From: a virus
Direction: 5' to 3' (one strand)
Length of the DNA stretch: 64,000 nucleotides
IMG/VR virus record: IMGVR_UViG_3300045988_138147
The position numbers were made by a program, and so were the translations under genes. Shown in pieces: positions 15,818 to 22,896 of the stretch (position 1 is the stretch's first letter; each line of letters begins with the position of its first letter). The notes below the pieces were generated by a model that ran no database searches, was not told the origin of the DNA, and saw only the letters and a list, made by a program, of their open reading frames with translations.

Positions 15818-15847
15818 CAGTGCGATAATCGCTGAGTTATCGCACTG
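15818..15847 (+). terminator. perfect 11-bp hairpin closing the accessory operon
   Basis: CAGTGCGATAAtcgctgagTTATCGCACTG, 6 nt after the stop at 15812. No clear T-run. Confidence 0.55.
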
Positions 15848-15942
15848 AAAAATTATAAACAATGAACATATACAACATCATTAGTAAAAAACGAAATGAT
15901 TAAGGAAAATAGAAGGGTTACTTTTGGATAACTAACATCAAA

Positions 15943-16371
15943 TCATTCCAATTGTATCTTATTTTTTTTGCAATATTTCTCAAAAGCACGCTTCCCACCT
16001 TTAATACATTTTACATCAACTCTTATTTCATTACTCCCCAATTTTATTTGAAGCATCTTTAAAGGAGGTGTTTTCTGAATCATAAATTCATATTCACAAT
16101 CGTCCGGGACTTGTTGTTTATCTACAAAATTATAAAACAATTTAATCTCGTTATACACATCTTGCGGACTACCAGATTTCACATGAAAGCCATTCCCCCA
16201 AAATGATTTCATAAAATCAACGGAAAAAACTTCTCTCCCATCATCATATTTTGTTGATGTTATAGAATATCCGCATTGAGAATATATGGAAACCACCTCC
16301 TTGGCGCAAATTTTAGTGTTAAATCCTAAAGATAAACAAGTTAATAAGAAAATTAATAAGCTATTCTTCAT
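15943..16371 (-). CDS. secreted/lipoprotein-like hypothetical protein
   Basis: Signal-like MKNSLLIFLLTCLSLGFNTKICA from the ATG at 16371. Confidence 0.6.
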   Translation of the reverse strand: MKNSLLIFLLTCLSLGFNTKICAKEVVSIYSQCGYSITSTKYDDGREVFSVDFMKSFWGNGFHVKSGSPQDVYNEIKLFYNFVDKQQVPDDCEYEFMIQKTPPLKMLQIKLGSNEIRVDVKCIKGGKRAFEKYCKKNKIQLE

Positions 16372-16413
16372 ATGATATAATTTTAAGTTAGTAATATTCA
16401 AATATCTATTCTT

Positions 16414-16629
16414 TTATCCTACCGTTTTCGTCAAATTCAAAAGGCAGTTCCATCTGCCCAATGTGGCTATATCGTTTATTGCTCCATATAAGGACAACTG
16501 TAAATTCACCTTTTGAAGCAAATTCCTGTCAGTACATCCTTTCAGCTCGGTATCTGTAAAGATTACTTCCCATCCTCTCTGAAAGGCTTGTCTTATTATC
16601 CTTTCAGATATTTCCTCTTCTATATCCAT
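16414..16629 (-). CDS. hypothetical protein (71 aa)
   Basis: ORF track. Confidence 0.5.
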   Translation of the reverse strand: MDIEEEISERIIRQAFQRGWEVIFTDTELKGCTDRNLLQKVNLQLSLYGAINDIATLGRWNCLLNLTKTVG

Positions 16630-16747
16630 ATTCTTTTTAACAACATTACATTTTAGTTAAACGTTGCAAAATTACAACATAATTCCAAACTGTCCAAAAA
16701 TAAGAGGTATGTTAGATCGCATGAAAAAAAACTAAATAAAAATTTGT

Positions 16748-16781
16748 CTTTGCAATATAATGTATTACTTTTGCAGTATAA
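16748..16781 (+). promoter_or_regulatory. promoter/operator of the TA operon (-7 box TActTTTG at 16766-73; direct repeats cTTTGCAaTATAA / TTTGCAgTATAA)
   Basis: Read directly, 27 nt upstream of the ATG at 16800. Confidence 0.5.
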
Positions 16782-16799
16782 CATAATACAATATATAGA

Positions 16800-17054
16800 A
16801 TGGAAACAGTAATAAGAAAACAAACATCGTTCCGGCTACGTGAAGATTTGCTTCAAGTATTGCAGGAACACGCAAAGAAGGCAAACAGAAGCCTAAACAA
16901 TTTTGTAGAGAGCACTTTGATGGATGCGATGTATTCTTCACCAAATGAAGAAACGGTTGCAGCCATAAACGAAGCGCGTTCTGGCAAGTATTCTGGAACG
17001 ATAGACACTACAGATTTTGATTCATTCATGAAATCTATCAACGAAATAGAATGA
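16800..17054 (+). CDS. ribbon-helix-helix antitoxin (RelB/DinJ-like)
   Basis: TSFRLREDLLQVLQEHAKKANRSLNNFVESTLMDAM is a typical RHH. Overlaps the toxin gene by 4 nt. Confidence 0.8.
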   Translation: METVIRKQTSFRLREDLLQVLQEHAKKANRSLNNFVESTLMDAMYSSPNEETVAAINEARSGKYSGTIDTTDFDSFMKSINEIE

Positions 17055-17320
17055 AGACGATCCGTTATAGTACAAAGGCAAAGAAAGATTTGAAGAAGTA
17101 TAGGAATGACGTCCAGCTAATGAAAGCCTTATATGATATATTGAAAAAGTTAGCAAACGGTGACATCCTTCCCAAAGAATATAAAGCACATGCCCTAATA
17201 GGAAACTACAAGGACTGCAGGGAATGCCATATCAAAAATGATTTTCTTCTGATATGGATGGACACAGAACACGATGCAATAGAAGTTATCAGAATCGGAA
17301 GTCATTCCGAATTGTTCTAA
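17051..17320 (+). CDS. yafQ: YafQ/RelE-family mRNA interferase toxin
   Basis: KAHALIGNYKDCRECHIKNDFLLIWMDTEHDAIEVIRIGSHSELF matches the YafQ motif (H.L.G....RE.HI..D.LLIY......RTGSHSDLF). Confidence 0.85.
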   Translation: MKTIRYSTKAKKDLKKYRNDVQLMKALYDILKKLANGDILPKEYKAHALIGNYKDCRECHIKNDFLLIWMDTEHDAIEVIRIGSHSELF

Positions 17321-17465
17321 ACATATATTTACTCAAATTTCGCCCTCAATACAGACAAGCATATTAGATTTTCTTTTGTCAATCCTACACCTTTAATGCG
17401 AATCAATCCCAAACAGCCCCCACAATCGGAAATCAATATACCGAGTTGGAGGCTAATATTAATTA

Positions 17466-17702
17466 TTATTTCTCAATATTAGCTCTGATCTGTTTAAGTA
17501 ACAAAAATGCCCCTTCCATCTTATAATTACCCAGACATTGTTGGGCTTGCATAATACAGCTTTCGACAGTGAGAGCTAAATCGGGAGTAAATGCAGATTT
17601 ATTTATTTGCATTGTTTTGGGAAGTTGGCTAGCATGATCATTGAACCATGCAATCATTTCATTCAATTCTTCCTCTGTGTAACTTTGTCTTTTCTCAGCC
17701 AT
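17466..17702 (-). CDS. hypothetical protein (78 aa)
   Basis: ORF track. Confidence 0.55.
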   Translation of the reverse strand: MAEKRQSYTEEELNEMIAWFNDHASQLPKTMQINKSAFTPDLALTVESCIMQAQQCLGNYKMEGAFLLLKQIRANIEK

Positions 17703-17785
17703 ACTATAAAAATTTAAGCTATTATTACAGGAACAGCAAAATTAAAAATCTTGTTTAAAATATGCATATTATGAGATTGATTTAT

Positions 17786-19009
17786 TCATGATTTAGACTT
17801 TTTTAAGCCACCCGATATATAATCTATCACTTTCCTGTTAGCCTCATCAATCTTATCCCTGTCGAAATCAATGTATATATCTGTAACATCACAACCAAAG
17901 GAGTGTCCCAAAGCTAAAGATATCACATCTTTAGGGACATCCGCCTTATGTGCTAACGTAGCCCAGGTATGCCGGGCCCAATATGTTGAAAGTTCGGGGA
18001 ACAATGGTTGCTTACTCTTTTTCCCACCAAGCCCTTTTCGTTCAAACGGACCTATCCCTTTAAGATTCTTATTCATCCTATGGGTAAAATCATGATAGTC
18101 TCCATAGTTATCTAATATATCTAGCAAATGAGTTTTACCTTGATACCTATCCAATATAGCTTGTGCTTCCGGCTCTATTTTAATAGAGTAAAACTTCTTT
18201 GTTTTCTGCCGATAATATTCTATACGTCCATCTATTATATCCTTGTGTTCAAGTAAAAGCAAATCACCTATATTTATTCCAACAAGATATACAATCAACA
18301 TAAATATATCCCTGTATTTCTTTTCAAACTCCTCACAAGGATAATCACGCAATAATCTCAATTGTTCAACAGATAAAGCACGTTTTCTAGTTTCTTCTTT
18401 TTTTATCTTATACTTTCGAAAAGGATATAAGGTAGTAATTTCTTCATCAATAGCATAATTGAATACTGCACGAATGTTACGCAGGTGAATAGAATAAGCG
18501 TTTACTTTCATCCCTGATTCAGCCATCCAACTTTCAAAATTAGACAGCCATTTCCTATCCATTGTGTCAAAGGTGCATTCCGGATCATATTCAAGCAGTT
18601 TATTTCTAGTTGTATTATAAACCGTTTTTGTTCCTGTATTACTCTTTATGGAAACAAACTCATCAAGATAATCTATAAAACATCTTGTTTTTTTTACAAC
18701 CTTTTCATCAAATACATATTCGCTGATTATCTCCTTGGCTTTAGCGGAAGGCAAAGAAGATAATCTAGCTTCATCGTCAATAATCAACTTTTCAGCTTTA
18801 TTCTTCAAACTGACAAGCCTTACATTCTTCACTTTATACTGTGGTACAGATTTGTCCAAATAAGACACTTCATTAAACTTTTCAGAAGACGGTGTAGATA
18901 TTCCGGTGGAGAAAACAAACCTCGTTTTCCCTATCCGTATCACAAGAAGAATCATCTGAGACCCATCCTTCTTTGCTCTTGTATCAGGTATCAATCTTAC
19001 TGTTGCCAT
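17786..19009 (-). CDS. int: tyrosine integrase (likely start MATVRLIPD at 19009; the track extends to 19108)
   Basis: WARHTWATLAHKADVPKDVISLALGHSFGCDVTDIYI contains the R-H..R / GH / Y catalytic pattern. Adjacent to the tRNA fragment. Confidence 0.9.
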   Translation of the reverse strand: MATVRLIPDTRAKKDGSQMILLVIRIGKTRFVFSTGISTPSSEKFNEVSYLDKSVPQYKVKNVRLVSLKNKAEKLIIDDEARLSSLPSAKAKEIISEYVFDEKVVKKTRCFIDYLDEFVSIKSNTGTKTVYNTTRNKLLEYDPECTFDTMDRKWLSNFESWMAESGMKVNAYSIHLRNIRAVFNYAIDEEITTLYPFRKYKIKKEETRKRALSVEQLRLLRDYPCEEFEKKYRDIFMLIVYLVGINIGDLLLLEHKDIIDGRIEYYRQKTKKFYSIKIEPEAQAILDRYQGKTHLLDILDNYGDYHDFTHRMNKNLKGIGPFERKGLGGKKSKQPLFPELSTYWARHTWATLAHKADVPKDVISLALGHSFGCDVTDIYIDFDRDKIDEANRKVIDYISGGLKKSKS

Positions 19010-19013
19010 TGTT

Positions 19014-19030
19014 TTGTGACGTTTTTGTGA
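19014..19030. repeat. 17-bp direct repeat TTGTGACGTTTTTGTGA, copy 1 (candidate arm-type site)
   Basis: Identical to 19242..19258. Confidence 0.85.
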
Positions 19031-19140
19031 CGATAAAGATACATAATACCCCCCAAATAACCATCTTAAACGGAATATTTTCTTTGATAATAATATAAAA
19101 AAAAGCACTTACCATTAGATAAGTGCTTGATATTCAGCAG

Positions 19141-19182
19141 AGCGGCAAACGGGACTCGAACCCGCGACCCTCAGCTTGGGAA
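19141..19182 (-). other. 3' 42 nt of a tRNA-Gly(CCC)-like gene (att core). No 5' half is present
   Basis: Minus strand TTCCCAA|GCTGA|GGGTC|GCGGG TTCGAGT CCCGT|TTGCCGC|T reads as anticodon loop, 3' anticodon stem, variable loop, T-arm, acceptor 3' strand and U73. Upstream sequence (tttaaaattt) cannot form the 5' half. Confidence 0.8.
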
Positions 19183-19241
19183 ATTTAAAATTTAAAATAT
19201 AACATACTGATTATAACATATTTAAAAAATCATTATTTTTA

Positions 19242-19258
19242 TTGTGACGTTTTTGTGA
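19242..19258. repeat. 17-bp direct repeat TTGTGACGTTTTTGTGA, copy 2
   Basis: Identical to 19014..19030. The two copies bracket the tRNA fragment. Confidence 0.85.
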
Positions 19259-19312
19259 TTATACTATATTATTTTCTTTGATTTGTGAAGATAAATATTG
19301 TTTCCCTTATTA

Positions 19313-19341
19313 CAAAAAATAACCGGCAATTAATGCCGGTT
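19313..19341 (-). terminator. intrinsic terminator (minus strand)
   Basis: AACCGGCAttaatTGCCGGTT followed by ATTTTTTGT on the minus strand. Confidence 0.6.
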
Positions 19342-19690
19342 ACTGTGATAGAATCTTATAGCCTCATTGACATATAATGATACTGATTGCTCCTTATCCA
19401 AGATAGCAGCCACATCCTCCTCTCTATCCCATTCACAATAGCAAAGATATCAATTCCAGAACGAAATACAAAAAGAAAACTATATTAATTAGTTATAGAG
19501 AGCCAATTTTGAAACAAAAACCAATCTTCTTAAAAAATTGCCATTAATGCAATATTTTTTACTTGCAGGATGAATGAAGAGAATTAATAGAACGGCAAGA
19601 CTGGCGAGTTTGTATTTTTATTGACAGGAAACGAATGTTATGGATTGGGTTCGGAAAAACAAGTATAAAACAGATAGCCTCTATAGATTT

Positions 19691-20971
19691 CTACTGTCTG
19701 AGGTATTTTTCCGGAGATTTTTGAGGTTTTATTTGATTTTGTTTTACATTCCTGCGCTTAGAATATATTTGGTTAGCCCTTGTCAGATCCTTGATGACCG
19801 TTTCATCGAACACCTCGGAATATATCTCTGTTGTCTTGACCGATGTATGCCCCAAGAGTTTTTGGACGGTGGTTATCGGAACGCCTTGATGTACCAACAG
19901 AGTAGCACAAGTGTGTCTGCTGGTATGGTAGGTGAACTTCTTGCCGATATGCGCCATTCTTCCCAATTTCTGCAATGTCCGATTAGTGTCCGAATTGCAA
20001 CCTAATGCAGCCAGTTGTTCGATGCTGTCGTACTTCCGCATTATGCCCAGTGCCTTTCCGTTAAATAATAGATATAGCGGGATATTAAGTTTCACGCCTG
20101 TTTTGACGCTGTTCAACACTAACCATTCTTTTCCGTCTATCGTTATCAGATTTTTATAGGTAAGTTGTTTAAAATCGGAGAATCTCAATCCGCAATAGCA
20201 GCAGAAGAGAAATGCGTCCAGTATGTGCCGGCTGTTGTTCTTCCTGTCCGGCAGTTTAAGATTTTCCAATTTTTCCAAGTCGACGGGCATTAGGAAGTTA
20301 TGTTCCTTCTTCTCCCGCTTGATCTTGAACTTACGGAAAGGATATGCCTCCTGTAATATATAACCTTCATTTATTGCTTCGTTGACCAAGGTACGAAGTA
20401 TTCTCATGTGTTTCCCTACCGTGTTTACTTTCAATCCCTTGTTGCGGAGGAATGCGTCAAACTCCTTTAGAAACGTATAATTGATGTCCGTGAACTCTAT
20501 CACGTTCCGAAATTCCTTCAATGTGGCTACTGTGCCCAGCATGTTATCCTTGGTTCCCGGTTTCCTATCGGAATTCACTATAACCTGTTGGGCGAACTTA
20601 AGAAACGAAACCACGGGTTTTACCCCCTTCCTTACAGCTTCCTTCAATGTGGATAAGTTAGATTCAAGACCTCTCTTCCAATAGCTTAACTCTATAGCCT
20701 GTAATTCCAATATATGCTCATATAGCATTGCATTAAGTTCTTGCGACTGCGGATGGTTGATTACTTGGGCACCATCCTTACTCCAACATTCCGGCTTTAG
20801 ATAGACATTGGTTTTAAAGTATACCTTCCTCTGATTCAGATAGGCTTCTATTTGTACAAGGGCTGTCCCCTGTCGGTTTAACTTGTTTTGCCGGTTATAA
20901 ACTAAACGATATCTGATCTTCTCTAACATACTCAACTTTTTGTTTTTAAAGTTAAAAAAATTCTTCTGCAT
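19691..20971 (-). CDS. second tyrosine recombinase (candidate shufflon/inversion recombinase)
   Basis: GLRFSDF ... YHTSRHTCATLLVHQGVPITTVQKLLGHTSVKTTEIYSEV contains the R, H..R, GH and Y catalytic pattern. The start lies 27 bp from the outermost crossover motif. Confidence 0.9.
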   Translation of the reverse strand: MQKNFFNFKNKKLSMLEKIRYRLVYNRQNKLNRQGTALVQIEAYLNQRKVYFKTNVYLKPECWSKDGAQVINHPQSQELNAMLYEHILELQAIELSYWKRGLESNLSTLKEAVRKGVKPVVSFLKFAQQVIVNSDRKPGTKDNMLGTVATLKEFRNVIEFTDINYTFLKEFDAFLRNKGLKVNTVGKHMRILRTLVNEAINEGYILQEAYPFRKFKIKREKKEHNFLMPVDLEKLENLKLPDRKNNSRHILDAFLFCCYCGLRFSDFKQLTYKNLITIDGKEWLVLNSVKTGVKLNIPLYLLFNGKALGIMRKYDSIEQLAALGCNSDTNRTLQKLGRMAHIGKKFTYHTSRHTCATLLVHQGVPITTVQKLLGHTSVKTTEIYSEVFDETVIKDLTRANQIYSKRRNVKQNQIKPQKSPEKYLRQ

Positions 20972-20982
20972 TTACAAAATAA

Positions 20983-21402
20983 ACCACAAAAATTGTTCTG
21001 GGGGGACTCCTGCCGATATCGACGAATACTAACAAGGGATTAGCAATGAGAACAGCATATTACGATCTTATTCAAGGCAAATTATACAAGATTTCATATA
21101 AAGAAGAATTACATGTATACAAACCTATAATATGTTTACTATATGTACTGAAAGATGGTATATCATCTTACTATGTAGCCTCATTAAGTGGATATCGTAA
21201 TGGGGTTTCCCATTATAAATTGATATGTGGAAATGAAATCCAATTTAAGCTGTATCAAAAGCTAAACAGTAGCAAATATGACTTTATACTGGAATGTCCT
21301 GAGAATTCAGGTGGTTTTATGGAAATAAAAGCCATGAATGATTTAACGGTTATTGAAACAACAGAATCATTAAGTGATTGGCAACAAATTGTAACAGAAT
21401 AA
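20983..21402 (+). CDS. silent alternative tail-fibre C-terminal cassette A (start-less; track ORF 21046..21402)
   Basis: The frame opens right after a stop at 20980 and reads TTKIVLGGLLPISTNTNKGLAMRTAYYDL... through the CTGGGGGGACT motif, in frame with the track ORF. Confidence 0.7.
   Translation, partial: TTKIVLGGLLPISTNTNKGLAMRTAYYDLIQGKLYKISYKEELHVYKPIICLLYVLKDGISSYYVASLSGYRNGVSHYKLICGNEIQFKLYQKLNSSKYDFILECPENSGGFMEIKAMNDLTVIETTESLSDWQQIVTE
20998..21008 (+). repeat. crossover motif CTGGGGGGACT, site A
   Basis: Read directly. Confidence 0.9.
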
Positions 21403-21415
21403 TAGCATAAGTTGA

Positions 21416-21724
21416 GAGCTGGGGGGACTGATTGGTACAGTAACAGCCAATAAGGATGGATTAATGTCTAAAAATGGTTTTCTTGAAAGAAGCAAGGGCA
21501 ACACATTAGACTTTAATGATTATACGATTTCAGGTATGTGGGTATTTTCTGATACGGGCTTTATTAATGGACCATCAGTGTATAAAGGGGGGATTTTATT
21601 AGTTTTTAAAACAACTAATGGGAATATATTGCAAATCTGTTGCGATTATACTAATTCTATTTTTATACGTATTTATTGGGGAGGATGGAAATCTTGGTCA
21701 CAAATCACAACAGTGGTGATATAA
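21416..21724 (+). CDS. silent alternative tail-fibre C-terminal cassette B (start-less; track ORF 21464..21724)
   Basis: The frame opens after a stop at 21413 and reads ELGGLIGTVTANKDGLMSKNGFLERS...IYWGGWKSWSQITTVVI. DGLMS and a W-rich end are typical of fibre tips. Confidence 0.7.
   Translation, partial: ELGGLIGTVTANKDGLMSKNGFLERSKGNTLDFNDYTISGMWVFSDTGFINGPSVYKGGILLVFKTTNGNILQICCDYTNSIFIRIYWGGWKSWSQITTVVI
21419..21429 (+). repeat. crossover motif CTGGGGGGACT, site B
   Basis: Read directly. Confidence 0.9.
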
Positions 21725-21735
21725 TTTCCCCACTT

Positions 21736-21746
21736 CTGGGGGGATT
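21736..21746 (+). repeat. crossover motif variant CTGGGGGGATT, site C
   Basis: Read directly. Confidence 0.85.
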
Positions 21747-21754
21747 CTTGGGTA

Positions 21755-21792
21755 TAAAAAACGGGTGGTCCGGTACAAGCCGGTTCCACCCG
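21755..21792 (-). terminator. intrinsic terminator of the tail-fibre operon
   Basis: CGGGTGG(t)CCGGtacaagCCGG(tt)CCACCCG hairpin. On the minus strand it is followed by TTTTTTATACC. Lies about 50 nt after the stop at 21841. Confidence 0.7.
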
Positions 21793-21840
21793 ATCCTGAT
21801 ATGCACAACGCCATGTGCGGTGCAAAGGTAATCCATGTTT

Positions 21841-22233
21841 CTAAGAAGCCAATACAAAAGTTCTAAAATCTCCCCACTCTCCGTTCAAACAACGTCTGAA
21901 ACCAGCAACATCAGCTCCCAAGCGGAATGCCATTTGAATTACATATCCTTGTCCATCGTTAAAAACTATCATTATGGAATAATTGAGAACAACACTAATT
22001 CCATTATTTCCGGTCACATGATACATTCCGCTTGCAGTTGCACTATTTACCTCTTCGTCTGTGGTCAATTTACGTTGTGGCATGAAAGGGTACAGATTCA
22101 AACTAGTGAAAAGTCCCCCCAGGATTGTAGCTAATTGCTGTTTTGTAACTTTTGCCACGTCATTTCCTTTTACAACCAACGCATAATCAAAGTCCGTCAA
22201 CTGCGATACTTCATTTAATTTTTTATCTGCCAT
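21841..22233 (-). CDS. tail-fibre tip / receptor-binding protein (expressed copy: constant N-terminus plus variable C-terminus)
   Basis: N-terminus MADKKLNEVSQLTDFDYALVVKGNDVAKVTKQQLATILGGL is a typical fibre N-terminal pattern. C-terminus ...FRRCLNGEWGDFRTF is knob-like. Confidence 0.75.
   Translation of the reverse strand: MADKKLNEVSQLTDFDYALVVKGNDVAKVTKQQLATILGGLFTSLNLYPFMPQRKLTTDEEVNSATASGMYHVTGNNGISVVLNYSIMIVFNDGQGYVIQMAFRLGADVAGFRRCLNGEWGDFRTFVLAS
22112..22122 (-). repeat. crossover motif CTGGGGGGACT in the expressed gene (site D, inverted relative to A-C)
   Basis: Plus strand reads agtccccccag. Encodes L38-G-G-L41. Confidence 0.9.
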
Positions 22234-22246
22234 AATCGTATTTTTT

Positions 22247-22891
22247 TTAATTATTTATTACTGCTTGATTTTCTACCACTTGAACATAGCCACCCGAAAC
22301 AAGATTTTCCAAATCGAATGCCATGCCTATTCCACTGTCACGGATACAGAGATAAAGGACTTCCTTATCGGTGTAATACTTGCCTTCTTCTAGCACCATG
22401 TTATGTGCCCAAGGTATAGGATCATCCAGTGTGCCGGAGTGCTCTATCTGCACAACCTTGTACAAGGATTCCGTACCCGTTCCCGGCTTCCAGTCCTCCT
22501 GCGGTGTATGTTTCTGTATAACCTCATAGAGCGTGCTGCCATAGCGGAAGCGGAACTGCACATCAACTTCCGTACCCATCAGATCCTCCCATGCCGGAAA
22601 ATAGTCTTTCTTCGACAATGCTTCTTCTGTAGTAAGCCCGGCATTGTTGATATTCGCTGAGATATCATTGAGCAGCGTATCCACACGGTCAAGTGCTTCA
22701 ACGTCTATAGCCGCCACATCAATAAATGATGCTTCGACAATCATCTGCTCCTTCTGCTTCGATGTGATCTCTTTCCACACGGCCACATCCTCAGGGCTGT
22801 TTATCAATACCTGATTTTCAAATCTTCGTTCCGACAGAGGCATATCCTCAACCTGTGTCAGATAACAATCATAACCTGCTTGTAATATCAT
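22247..22891 (-). CDS. hypothetical tail-fibre-associated protein (214 aa)
   Basis: ORF track. Position between two fibre genes. Confidence 0.6.
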   Translation of the reverse strand: MILQAGYDCYLTQVEDMPLSERRFENQVLINSPEDVAVWKEITSKQKEQMIVEASFIDVAAIDVEALDRVDTLLNDISANINNAGLTTEEALSKKDYFPAWEDLMGTEVDVQFRFRYGSTLYEVIQKHTPQEDWKPGTGTESLYKVVQIEHSGTLDDPIPWAHNMVLEEGKYYTDKEVLYLCIRDSGIGMAFDLENLVSGGYVQVVENQAVINN

Positions 22892-22896
22892 ATCTT

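Larger units (their letters stand above)
21736..21831 (+). other. short third cassette C (31 codons, LGGFLGIKNGWSGTSRFHPILICTTPCAVQR), possibly a truncating/off cassette
   Basis: Hand translation through site C. Overlaps the terminator hairpin. Confidence 0.4.

Noticed and set aside
19640-20005. 121-aa plus-strand ORF
   Set aside because: It lies antisense within the well-supported tyrosine recombinase gene.
19691-20971. Second recombinase as merely the integrase of a second, tandemly integrated prophage
   Set aside because: This cannot be excluded, but it is less favoured. Identical 17-mers lie on both sides of the tRNA fragment, which argues for one intact attP served by the adjacent integrase, and this gene directly abuts the inverted cassette array.
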